Source: an uncultured archaeon (lineage in GTDB: Archaea > Asgardarchaeota > Lokiarchaeia > Sigyniarchaeales > SOKP01). From it: a DNA stretch of 64,000 bases. A model generated the notes under the pieces. It did no database searches, had not been told where the DNA came from, and worked only from the letters and a program-made list of their open reading frames with translations. Position 1 is the stretch's first letter. The number at the start of each line of letters is the position of its first letter. Of this stretch, positions 52,452 to 62,082 are shown piece after piece. The stretch is taken from positions 1-64,000 of the forward strand of contig CAYLZE010000003.1 in NCBI GenBank assembly GCA_964388035.1, read 5' to 3'. The translations under genes were made by a program, and so were the position numbers.

Positions 52452-53918
52452 TCAAAACTCCTGATTGAATTCACCAAGAATTTCTCCGACATAGTATAAT
52501 CCTACTAAATTTCCCGTCTTCGGAAATTTTCGGGAGGTTAATAAAATAATCACGTGTTCATTCTCGTCCAGAACTCCCCTTTCAACGCCGTATTTTACGG
52601 ATTCTTCAATAATTTCTTCTGCTGCTAAATTGAAGAAATCGATGTTATCTATGTGAAAGGGTTGAACTCCCCAGACTAGATTAAGTTCGCGTGCAGTTCG
52701 CTGAAAAGGCGTCATGGCTATAATCGGCAAGGGGGGACGATATTTAGAAATCATCCGGGCACCATATCCACGTCGGGTAATCACCAAGATTTTCCCCCTA
52801 AAATTGAGACCCTCAATTTCTTTAGCTATTGCATGAATTGCATGCCCTAAGGTTTGAGTATGAGTTAATCGTGAGGAATCAAAATCATCCGGAATTCTTA
52901 AAGGCATGGCTTCAGTGGCGGTACGAGCAATTTTATTCATGAAGTTAACAGAATCAATGGGAAAATTGCCCACGGCCGTTTCTTCCGATAACATTGTCGC
53001 ATCTGCCCCATCATACACGGCATTAAAAACATCATTCGCTTCTGCCCGGGTAGGAATAGGAGCATTTGCCATGGATTCGAGCATTTGAGTTGCCACGATC
53101 ACGGGTTTTCCTTCCTTGTTGCATTTATAAATTAATTCTTTTTGTCTTAAAGGAACTTGATCGGGTGAGATCTCCACACCCAAGTCTCCACGGGCAACCA
53201 TTATTCCATCAGAAACTTCCAGAATTTGATTAAAGTTATCGAGAGCGATAGGGCGTTCAATTTTTGAAATTAATTTTATTTCATTATTTCCATAGTTTTC
53301 GATAATCCTTTTGACCCTCATTACATCATCTCCATCAGCGACAAAAGAAATTGCGACAAATTCGGGATTTAATTTAGTAATAACTTCAAGATCTTTGATA
53401 TCTTTTTCCGTGGGTACTTTTTGTTTTAAATCCCCCGAGGGGATATTCACGCCCTTATTACTGCTTATCGTTCCACTTGTTATTACTTCTCCGACGAGAT
53501 GATCACCCTCCTTGTTAACCACTCTAATTTTAATGATACCATCATTCACGAAGAAAACATTTCCTTTCTTCATGGAATTTAAGAAACCCGGTAATGGAAT
53601 GGAAAATTTCTCGTTAGTTCCCAAAATTTCTTTCTCATAGACTTCTACTTGTTGTCCAATGTTTAAATGGTATGTTTTATCATCCGCGAAGTTTCCAACG
53701 CGTATTTTTGGTCCTTGAATATCCGCCATAATTGCTACATGTTTATTTGTTTCTCGAATTCTTTTAACTAATTCTTTTTTTTCTTCATGAGTGCCGTGAG
53801 AAAAATTTAATCTGAAGACATCTGCTCCTGCATCTATAAGTTTTTGAAGCATTTCTTTAGATTCAGTTGCCGGTCCAAGAGTACAAACAATTTTTACCGT
53901 ATTCTCTCTAAATAACAT
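52452..53918 (-). CDS. pyk: Pyruvate kinase
   Basis: KIVCTLGPA, RLNFSHG, DIQGPKIR, SKIE, MVARGDLGVE, ATQMLESM, PTRAE. Confidence 0.97.
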   Translation of the reverse strand: MLFRENTVKIVCTLGPATESKEMLQKLIDAGADVFRLNFSHGTHEEKKELVKRIRETNKHVAIMADIQGPKIRVGNFADDKTYHLNIGQQVEVYEKEILGTNEKFSIPLPGFLNSMKKGNVFFVNDGIIKIRVVNKEGDHLVGEVITSGTISSNKGVNIPSGDLKQKVPTEKDIKDLEVITKLNPEFVAISFVADGDDVMRVKRIIENYGNNEIKLISKIERPIALDNFNQILEVSDGIMVARGDLGVEISPDQVPLRQKELIYKCNKEGKPVIVATQMLESMANAPIPTRAEANDVFNAVYDGADATMLSEETAVGNFPIDSVNFMNKIARTATEAMPLRIPDDFDSSRLTHTQTLGHAIHAIAKEIEGLNFRGKILVITRRGYGARMISKYRPPLPIIAMTPFQRTARELNLVWGVQPFHIDNIDFFNLAAEEIIEESVKYGVERGVLDENEHVIILLTSRKFPKTGNLVGLYYVGEILGEFNQEF

Positions 53919-53982
53919 GTTATTTCATTTTTTTAAGGATAATTAATAATAATATAGTATAAGGGTTTTAAAAAACCATTCA

Positions 53983-54462
53983 TTATAACTTATTCTTGAG
54001 ATTTTTCAATTTTACACGAAATTCTGCCCTAAATTTCTTTAATAAATCAAGAATTTGTTCGTATTGTCCAATTTGCGTAAATTCTTTCAAGGAGATTAAA
54101 TAAATTCTATGTTGTTTCGGATATATTGTATATTGCATTAATTTTAAATCATGTTCTTTCGCAAAATCGGTTGCTAGTATTACTAAAAAGTCGGAACTCT
54201 GAGAAGCTAATGAGATTCCAAAAAAATAACGTGATTTAGGATACTTCGAATAATTTTTTGTGGTGAAGAAAAAAATATCCTCTTTATCTTTCTTCATCAC
54301 ATGGACTGATTTAATCTTTAATTTCTGGTGGATACCTTTAATTTTTTCCGAAATTGGAGGAAAATCTCCCTTTATTCTTTTGGCGGAATCAATGACATTT
54401 TCGCGAATAAAGCTCTTAATTTCTGGGTCTTGCTCAACTTCTATTTTTTCATCAGTATTCAT
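53983..54462 (-). CDS. Hypothetical protein
   Basis: 159-aa ORF with RBS gaggag, co-oriented between the AOR gene and pyk. Confidence 0.7.
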   Translation of the reverse strand: MNTDEKIEVEQDPEIKSFIRENVIDSAKRIKGDFPPISEKIKGIHQKLKIKSVHVMKKDKEDIFFFTTKNYSKYPKSRYFFGISLASQSSDFLVILATDFAKEHDLKLMQYTIYPKQHRIYLISLKEFTQIGQYEQILDLLKKFRAEFRVKLKNLKNKL

Positions 54463-54520
54463 TAAAATTTCTCCTCATAGCTAATTTCAATAAAAAAAAG
54501 AGATAATATAGAAAAAAAAC

Positions 54521-56491
54521 TTAATAAAGATCTTTTATTACAAATCCCAAGTCCAGCTCTTGCAGAGTATCTTTTAATGGATATCCATTTTCTTGGTTCC
54601 ATCCCATTTCTTGACAATATAATTTGTAGAAGTCTTCATAATTTACTGTAATTCCTTTTAAGGGTCCTTTTTCATCGGTAGGGTCACCGATTACTCTCCC
54701 TGGTAATCGATTTTCAGTTAGTTTAATTCCTTCTCGTAAAGTAAAGGCTTGTCTTAAATTTTGAATCCTTAATCCAATTTCAATAATTTCATCAATGTTA
54801 ATATCCCATCCGGTCATTGCATTAATCAATTCTAAAATAGGATATGGACCAAACATGGTGGAAAACATGCATAACCCAGCAGCAGATACTACTTGGTGCA
54901 ATCCTGTAATTATTTTCTGAGCTTTAGCTTTCAGATTCTGATCTTTTTTCCATTTTTTCGGAAGATGAATACCTTGCAAGAATGCTTCCGCAGAACCAAT
55001 TTCAAAAAAGTCAATACTAGCCGTAGTGTGTCGTCCCGGAGTAGGATCATAAGCATAACTAAAAGCTAACGATTCATAAGCTCTGGGATTATGCATCGCG
55101 ATCTCTTGCCCCAGAGAGGTCATGGCAAATTTAATAGTATTTTTACCGATTTTTTCTGCTGCACTATTCGCTCCATCTGCTAAAATATCTCCAATACCTT
55201 CTCGATTTATGATTTTTTTTACTAATTCCAAAATTGCTTCGGAATTTCCCCAACTCAATTCGAGTCCATCGGTATCTTCCTTGGTTATTAATCCATTTTC
55301 AAAACATTCAATGGCAAATGCTACCGTACTTCCCGTGGAAATGGTATCAATTGCTGCCCGATTACACAAATCATTTATTTTAAAGATAGTCATGAGATCA
55401 TTGTTTTGTAACATTGCGCCAAATGCACAGCATGTTTCATATTCTGGCATGTGAGTCTCCATCATATCTATTTCTGGAATCGAAAGAATAGCTCCACATT
55501 GAACTGGGCAAGAGAAACATCCATACTGTCGGATCCTATATTCATGAATCTTTGTTGCTGATAAATGTTTTGACATGGTACTGAATGGAAAATCATACAT
55601 TCCTATACCACCCCAGTTTTTTACGGGAGAGTCTCCTGTTTCAGCACTTAACGTATTGCCCGAGGGGGTCCCTAAATTATGATATACACTCCTAACCATG
55701 TTAGGTGGTCCTCCTGCCATAGGCATTTTAATAAGACGAAACATTTTTGCCATGTTAGGAATTCTTCCAAGTAACCATTTACTAACTCCCTTAGCATCTT
55801 TTGCTTTATATCCTTTATTATAATTTCTTACATGTTCCATGAACTTATCCTTATCAAGCAGCGGAACCTTCTCATTTCCTTTAAGCACAATCATTTTCAA
55901 GTTTTTTGACCCCATAACAGCTCCAAGACCAGATCGAGCAGCAATTCTTCCTTTATCATTAGCAATTCCGGAAATACAGGACTTTAATTCGCCAGCTCTT
56001 CCAATTCCTGCCGTTTTTATTTTATTTCCATGCTTTTGCTTTAATTTATCTTCTGCTTGTATGATATCTAAACCCCATATATCTGATGCGTCCAAGATTT
56101 CAATATTTCCTTCTTGAATTAAAACATATCGAGATTCTTGTGCTTTTCCCGTGAAAATTAAGCCATCATAACCACATTTTTTTATCTCGGGACCAAAAGA
56201 ACCTCCTCCATTAGCATCGCCCCATCCCCCAGTTAAAGGAGATTTTCCAACAGCCATGTATCTCCCAGAAAAAGGTGCAACTGTTCCCGTCAATAATCCG
56301 GGGAAAAATCCTAATATGGAATCCGGACTTAAGGGATCGATATTAGCATTCATCCGTTCATAAATAATTCTACTCCCTAGTCCATATCCTCCTAAATAAT
56401 TTTTAAAAACCCCTTTCTCAATGTTGATTTCTTCAAACTTTCCCCCCGAAAGATCAAAGTAAAGTATTTTTCCAAAAAATCCATGGATCAT
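54521..56491 (-). CDS. Aldehyde:ferredoxin oxidoreductase family protein (paralogue of 14647-16749)
   Basis: KSPLTGGWGD, ARSGLGAVMGSKNLK, GCFSCPVQC, PEYET, DPTPGRHT. Confidence 0.93.
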   Translation of the reverse strand: MIHGFFGKILYFDLSGGKFEEINIEKGVFKNYLGGYGLGSRIIYERMNANIDPLSPDSILGFFPGLLTGTVAPFSGRYMAVGKSPLTGGWGDANGGGSFGPEIKKCGYDGLIFTGKAQESRYVLIQEGNIEILDASDIWGLDIIQAEDKLKQKHGNKIKTAGIGRAGELKSCISGIANDKGRIAARSGLGAVMGSKNLKMIVLKGNEKVPLLDKDKFMEHVRNYNKGYKAKDAKGVSKWLLGRIPNMAKMFRLIKMPMAGGPPNMVRSVYHNLGTPSGNTLSAETGDSPVKNWGGIGMYDFPFSTMSKHLSATKIHEYRIRQYGCFSCPVQCGAILSIPEIDMMETHMPEYETCCAFGAMLQNNDLMTIFKINDLCNRAAIDTISTGSTVAFAIECFENGLITKEDTDGLELSWGNSEAILELVKKIINREGIGDILADGANSAAEKIGKNTIKFAMTSLGQEIAMHNPRAYESLAFSYAYDPTPGRHTTASIDFFEIGSAEAFLQGIHLPKKWKKDQNLKAKAQKIITGLHQVVSAAGLCMFSTMFGPYPILELINAMTGWDINIDEIIEIGLRIQNLRQAFTLREGIKLTENRLPGRVIGDPTDEKGPLKGITVNYEDFYKLYCQEMGWNQENGYPLKDTLQELDLGFVIKDLY

Positions 56492-56838
56492 ATAATCTTC
56501 TAAACCTCTTCTGAGTTAATTGAATAAGTGATCTTTATTCACCAATCATTATAATAATAACTTTGATTTAATATTAAATTCTTCCTATTAAAAGATCATA
56601 TTCATGCCTTTTTTGATGGAAGAAACCAATAATTAATTTATAATTAGATTTAAAGTGATTTTCGAAATATTTAAATATGACGAAACATTTAAAAGAAATC
56701 CTTCTTATAAAATATATGCAAAGTTAATTCAATATTTAACGAAATTACATGAATGTTGAGTTCATTTTATTAAATATAATTTAAAGCTTTATAAGTTCTA
56801 TTTAATATATAAAAATAAATAAGCAAGAGGGATCCTTA

Positions 56839-57063
56839 ATGTCCACAACAAGTTCTTTAGAGAAAAAAAAAGAACGTTTGTCTATTGGAAAATTTTTAGA
56901 TTTTGATAATACAAATAAGATCTTTTATAGTAACCTATATTTGGACGATTTTAAATTGGTGGTCAAAATTCCCCTCTCATCAGCTACTTCAGATCAATCT
57001 GGAGAGCAGATTAAAATAGAAACGTTTGATTTAGCGAAATATACATATCTTACTAAAATCTAG
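56839..57063 (+). CDS. Small hypothetical protein
   Basis: 74-aa ORF with ATG and an upstream gagggg RBS-like sequence. Confidence 0.5.
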   Translation: MSTTSSLEKKKERLSIGKFLDFDNTNKIFYSNLYLDDFKLVVKIPLSSATSDQSGEQIKIETFDLAKYTYLTKI

Positions 57064-57149
57064 GAATTTGGATGTGCCAGTTATTTTCTCATTAAGTTTG
57101 GATTTTATTTAATTAATCTTCTTAAGAAAGAACGTTCTCTAATTTTTAC

Positions 57150-57284
57150 CTACTTTTTATCTTCTTTTTGTTTTTGTTTCAAATATTTGTTCCAACAAGA
57201 AAAACAAATCCATTTTCCATTACATAAAAATACCATGTCTTTCTTTGCACGTATCATTTGACAACTAGCACATTGTTCTTTCAT
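57150..57284 (-). CDS. 44-aa C2-C2 zinc-finger microprotein (not in the ORF track)
   Basis: MKEQCASCQMIRAKKDMVFLCNGKWICFSCWNKYLKQKQKEDKK*; upstream aggttgg RBS-like sequence. Confidence 0.6.
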   Translation of the reverse strand: MKEQCASCQMIRAKKDMVFLCNGKWICFSCWNKYLKQKQKEDKK

Positions 57285-57910
57285 TTTTTAATTCCAACCT
57301 TTTCAGAATTATATAATTTCAAATCAATTAAGTTAAATATGAGATCATGAGTAATAAATAAGTGGAAAAAGTTGAGAGAGCGGAAAACGCATGACAAGGA
57401 TGGTGAAAAAAAGTTTAAATAAGGTTGTTAAGAAATAAGAGAAATAAACTGGCCCCAAATTACTGCGGCAATGAATCTATTTCATATTATATGCTTTAAG
57501 ATTTTAACCAATTAACTCCTCTTTTTCTTAAGATACTATCATCTTATTCATTCAGAAATTACTTTCACTCAAACGTTTAAAGTTATAAAAGGAGTGTTTG
57601 GAACTTTTAATTAACATCTAAGGATATCTAAAGATTCTAATATACCGAAATTTTAAGTGAAATTTTAAAAGTAAAATTACATGAGGAATAACATAAAATG
57701 GGGAAGATTTCGGTCGTGATTTGACTAAAAATAACTAATTTTTCTTCGAGGATTCTTTTAGTCACATACATACTTTGTTATTTTGTATGGTCAAGAGCAA
57801 GACTATATTTTTAGAAAATTAATATCCAAAAGAATTTAATATTTTAAGGTTGTAGATTAAATTATAACATGTAGGATAAAGAATTAGGAAAAAAACGAAA
57901 ATTAATTGTT

Positions 57911-59440
57911 ATGTCAAAAGTTAAAGAAATTTATAAAGAAATAGAAAGCATTGTGGGACAGAATAATCTCTCAGATAAAGATTTCATGAAAGCTGCTTAT
58001 TCAAGAAACGTGGATCCTGCATTTCCAGACAGATGGGCGGATATAATCGTAAGACCAGAAACAACTGAAGAAGTTTCTGACATTGTAAAAATAGCAAATA
58101 AATACAAAATTCACATAATTCCACGGGGAGGAGGTGCTGATTTAGTCGGAGGTTCCGTGAACGAGGGAGGTATTCTAATGGATCTCACTCGAATGAATAA
58201 AATTATCGAAATTGATGAAGTAAATCTTTATTGTGAAATAGAATGTGGTACAACATGGGGAGCGTTACTCTCTGAATTGCATAAAAAGGATTTAACCACG
58301 GGAATAATAGGGCCTGGCAGCGGATATTCGGCAACGATTGGGGGCGGATTATCTAATAGTACAGCCGGGTTTGGATCAACTAAATATGGTCTGGTTCCTG
58401 ACATATGTCTAGGAGTAGAAGTCGTTCTACCAAATCCCAAGGGCACTATCATAAGAACGGGAGCTGCAGCTAATAAATATGCAAAGCCTTTCTGTAGGTA
58501 TGGAGTTGCTCCTGACTTCACGGGGTTATTCATGGGAGACGTGGGAACCATGGGAATAAAAACCAAGGCTTTTTTACGATTATTTCCTCTCGCGCCGATT
58601 AAGAAATTTAGAAATTACATGCTAAATAAAAATGATTATACTATTGTTTCTAAGCTATTGCAAGAATTTAGGAAGGAGGTAAGTGATGGTTTACAAGATT
58701 TATATGTCGTTCCTGTGGCTGTTGTCCAGCTTTTGTCTGGCTTGGCAAAAAATAAACCACCAGGACGTGCAAGAATGAAGGGACCGGTATTTCAAGTTTT
58801 TTTGGAAGCCTTTGATGAACGCATCATGGATGTATACCTTGAAAAGGTAGAAGAGATCATGAAAGAGTATGCTAGACCTTTTGAGTGGCAAGAGATTGAT
58901 CTGGATGCAGAATTATCCAAGGATTGGAAGTTTAACCTTAATTTTTCTTATACGTATTTCAACAAATTTATTTCGCTTGCACCCCCGAAAATCTCGTGTG
59001 TAACATGCCACAAGCTCCCAATCTCAGAAATTGCAGAAAAAGAAAAATCTAGTATTAGTTTTGATACAGAACACATCAAGGAGTTTCCACGACAAAGTTT
59101 TTCTTTATTTGCCAGATCCATTCATTTACTTCCAAATGGTAATTGCGTTTGTGCTGGGGGATTTAATGCAGAAAATCGTGAGGACCAGAGAGAGGGCGCC
59201 ATGAAAATTTGGCACGAGAAGCTTCGCTTTCAAGTAAAATATGGGGGAGTTCATTACTGGTTGGGGGAATCCATCTCGCAATCCATTGTGGAAGCCGGAG
59301 CCTATACTCCAGAATTTGCTCAGTTTTTTAAGGATATGAAAAAAACCGTGGATCCCAATTTTTTACTTAGTCCCAGAAAATTCCACATGTATGATTATAA
59401 TGATGATTTTTCAAAATATGTAATTAAAGAGGAGGAATAA
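57911..59440 (+). CDS. FAD-linked oxidoreductase (GlcD/VAO family)
   Basis: VRPETTEEV, PRGGGADLVGG, ATIGG, KYG..D.CLGVEVV, GTMGI.T, K..VDPNFLLSP.K. Confidence 0.9.
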   Translation: MSKVKEIYKEIESIVGQNNLSDKDFMKAAYSRNVDPAFPDRWADIIVRPETTEEVSDIVKIANKYKIHIIPRGGGADLVGGSVNEGGILMDLTRMNKIIEIDEVNLYCEIECGTTWGALLSELHKKDLTTGIIGPGSGYSATIGGGLSNSTAGFGSTKYGLVPDICLGVEVVLPNPKGTIIRTGAAANKYAKPFCRYGVAPDFTGLFMGDVGTMGIKTKAFLRLFPLAPIKKFRNYMLNKNDYTIVSKLLQEFRKEVSDGLQDLYVVPVAVVQLLSGLAKNKPPGRARMKGPVFQVFLEAFDERIMDVYLEKVEEIMKEYARPFEWQEIDLDAELSKDWKFNLNFSYTYFNKFISLAPPKISCVTCHKLPISEIAEKEKSSISFDTEHIKEFPRQSFSLFARSIHLLPNGNCVCAGGFNAENREDQREGAMKIWHEKLRFQVKYGGVHYWLGESISQSIVEAGAYTPEFAQFFKDMKKTVDPNFLLSPRKFHMYDYNDDFSKYVIKEEE

Positions 59441-59445
59441 AAAGA

Positions 59446-60651
59446 ATGGCAGATTTTAATCCAAAAGAAAAATTTAAACATTTAGCTCCGTTTGGAGAAG
59501 TCTTACTTCAATGTATCTCTTGCGGAGATTGTAGAGAAGCGACAGATTATACTTCAGATCCTCAAAAATGGGGTGTTTGCGTTGCTCGAGAACATACTTC
59601 CGGTTTTGAACCGTTCTTTGGAAGAGGAAAGATGCAAATTATTCGATCCTTGTGGCAAGGAAAACTGGAATTAAGTAAAGACATGGCGGAGGTTATATTT
59701 CAATGCCCTACTTGTAATGCCTGTGCGGAAACGTGCGCATATGACATGGATAATGCAAAAATTTATGAAGCTTTGCGAGCAGAATTGGTGGATGCAGGAT
59801 GTGGTTTAGAAGTGCACGTTCCAATGAATGAAGCGATGGTGAATTTGTTAAATCCTTATCAGAGAGATAATAAATTAAAAGCAGAATGGTTAAAGGAGTT
59901 AAATTTTAAAGTAAAGGATGCATCAAGCGAACAGTCGGAAGTGCTCTATTTTGTAGGTTGCACGGCAGCGTTAACGCCCGATATTAGAAAAGTTGCCATC
60001 GATACCGCTAAAGTACTTCATAAATTGAATGTTGATTTTTCTGTTTTTGGAGAACAAGAGATTTGTTGCGGTAGTGTCGCAATGAGAACTGGGGATCGCA
60101 AAGCGTTTAATATCGTTGCGATGAAAAATTATGAACTTTTTAGAAAGAGTGGGGCAAAGACGATCATTACCAGCTGTGCGGGATGTTATAGAACGCTAAA
60201 ATTAGATTATTCTGATCTTCTTGAAGATTTAGGGATAAAGGTTTTGCATACCATTGAATTTATATGTGATTTAGTCATGGAAAAGAATATCTCCTTAAAA
60301 AATCTCGGAATTAAAACCACATATCACGACCCATGTCATACGGGACGTCATATCGGAATCTATGAGGAACCTCGTAAGTTATTAAAGAAAATTTCAACGT
60401 TGACAGAAATGAAGACTATAAAAGAAAATGCAAAATGTTGCGGTGCAGGAGGAGGAGTCAAGAAAGGATTTCCAGAATTAGCTTTAGAAATCGCTAAGAG
60501 TAGAATCCAAGAGGCGGAAGAGACTGGAGCAGATTATTTGGTGAGTATCTGCCCCTTCTGTTATAGAAACTTATCAGATGCTATTACTGCTTTGAATTCA
60601 AAGATTAAAATGATTGACTTGTTAGAATTAGTAAATAAGGCATTACAATAA
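59446..60651 (+). CDS. Fe-S oxidoreductase with two CCG domains (GlcF/HdrD-like)
   Basis: CISCGDC, CPTCNACAETC, YFVGC, CCG, CAGC, YHDPCH, CCGAGGG, CPFC. Confidence 0.92.
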   Translation: MADFNPKEKFKHLAPFGEVLLQCISCGDCREATDYTSDPQKWGVCVAREHTSGFEPFFGRGKMQIIRSLWQGKLELSKDMAEVIFQCPTCNACAETCAYDMDNAKIYEALRAELVDAGCGLEVHVPMNEAMVNLLNPYQRDNKLKAEWLKELNFKVKDASSEQSEVLYFVGCTAALTPDIRKVAIDTAKVLHKLNVDFSVFGEQEICCGSVAMRTGDRKAFNIVAMKNYELFRKSGAKTIITSCAGCYRTLKLDYSDLLEDLGIKVLHTIEFICDLVMEKNISLKNLGIKTTYHDPCHTGRHIGIYEEPRKLLKKISTLTEMKTIKENAKCCGAGGGVKKGFPELALEIAKSRIQEAEETGADYLVSICPFCYRNLSDAITALNSKIKMIDLLELVNKALQ

Positions 60652-60804
60652 TTGTCTCAAGATATTTTATTTATTATTTTTTTAATTTAAATCTAAAAAA
60701 TATAGAAGGTAAAAAGGTAGATTAAAATTAGTTTTAAAAAAGATGTTAAAGAAATTGAAAGGAAAAAAGAAGAATTAAGAACGACTAAATTTAGAAATAC
60801 GGAA

Positions 60805-61527
60805 ATGATCACGGTATTATGGGAGACCAAAAAAGAAATTATAGAGCGCTTGCTTCCGCCCCCCCTGAAACCAGCTAGTAGACCCATTGTAATGAGTTTT
60901 ATCGCTAAATATCCCTCTACAAATCAAGGCCTTCCATATAATGAAGGGGCTCTCACTTTAAGGTGCCAATACCAAGATATACAAGGAAATTATTATTTAG
61001 CAATGCCCGTTACGGATGATCGTGCCATGATTGGAGGGCGGGAGATTTTTGGATTTCCCAAGAAAATGGCGAATGTTGTGTTAACACGGGAGAATAATGA
61101 AGTCCACGCTTATTCGGAGCGGTTAGGAGTTAAAAATATTGAGATCCATGCTAAATTATCAGGTAAATTCAATGATCCCGAAACTCCCAAACTCATTAAA
61201 GAATTGGAATTATTGCCAGGAAGAAAAAAAAATACGATAAATTTTAATTATAAATACTTTCCACACCCAACCAAGGAAGGATTTGATCATGATCCGTGGT
61301 TAGTACAGCAAGAAACTTCTGTAGGACCAAAATCCATGGAAATGGGAGAAGCAGATATACAATTAAACTCAACCATTCATGATCCTTGGGCTGAAGTGGA
61401 AATAGTAAAAGTCTTGGGAGCTTTATACTTGAGAGGGGATAATGAAATGCTACCAGGAAAAATCGTGGCCAAAGTAGATTCAGAACAGTTTTTACCTTAT
61501 TCTTATAATAAATGGGATTGGTACTAG
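60805..61527 (+). CDS. Acetoacetate decarboxylase-like family protein
   Basis: LLPPPL, PYNEG, GREIFGFPKK (Schiff-base Lys motif). Confidence 0.88.
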   Translation: MITVLWETKKEIIERLLPPPLKPASRPIVMSFIAKYPSTNQGLPYNEGALTLRCQYQDIQGNYYLAMPVTDDRAMIGGREIFGFPKKMANVVLTRENNEVHAYSERLGVKNIEIHAKLSGKFNDPETPKLIKELELLPGRKKNTINFNYKYFPHPTKEGFDHDPWLVQQETSVGPKSMEMGEADIQLNSTIHDPWAEVEIVKVLGALYLRGDNEMLPGKIVAKVDSEQFLPYSYNKWDWY

Positions 61528-61680
61528 CCTTATATAAAAAAACAATTATTTTCAGATATTCTTTTTCTATTCTTTATTTTCTTTTAAAATTCAAACAGGA
61601 TGTTGTAGAACATCATTGATTTTTCTTTGGTTAATTGCAATTTAAATACAAACCATGTAAATTAAAAAAGGAATAAGGAA

Positions 61681-61800
61681 GGAAATGACTCATGGAAATC
61701 CTTTAAAATTTTTAAAGGAAAAGTTTGAACCACAAGGGAATTATTCCAGAGTGGTCAGAGGGCGAAATCCAATATGCGATTTCCATAGAATCCATTCCTT
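61681..61800. ncRNA. Candidate structured RNA (multi-branched hairpin), family unknown
   Basis: Closing stem atggaaatc/gatttccat encloses three hairpins; see findings. Confidence 0.3.
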
Positions 61801-62082
61801 TATATTTTAGGCGTTTTAATATTTAAAAAGTTGATGAATATATAGAATTTCCGTGTTATCCGTACGAATGATTATTGAATATTTATTCATTAATCCTAAG
61901 AATTAACTAGGTATTATTTGAGGATTCATGCAAAATCGATTAATGGTTACTAAACCAAATAATGAAATTTAGCGTTTGAACCAACTTCTTCTGTAGATCA
62001 GTCATAAATGATTCTCAATCAAAAATACTAAATGATAAATAGAAAATAAAAAAGGATTTCTATAGGTCAAAACTTTAGTAGC

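Noticed and set aside
57340-57500. Hydrophobic peptide fragments on the minus strand, a possible membrane-protein remnant
   Set aside because: Too degraded to assign; T-rich DNA readily gives such translations.
61681-61800. Eukaryote-like SECIS (AUGA...GA) in the hairpin
   Set aside because: The helix register does not fit, the apical region is far too long, and neither flanking gene has an in-frame TGA.
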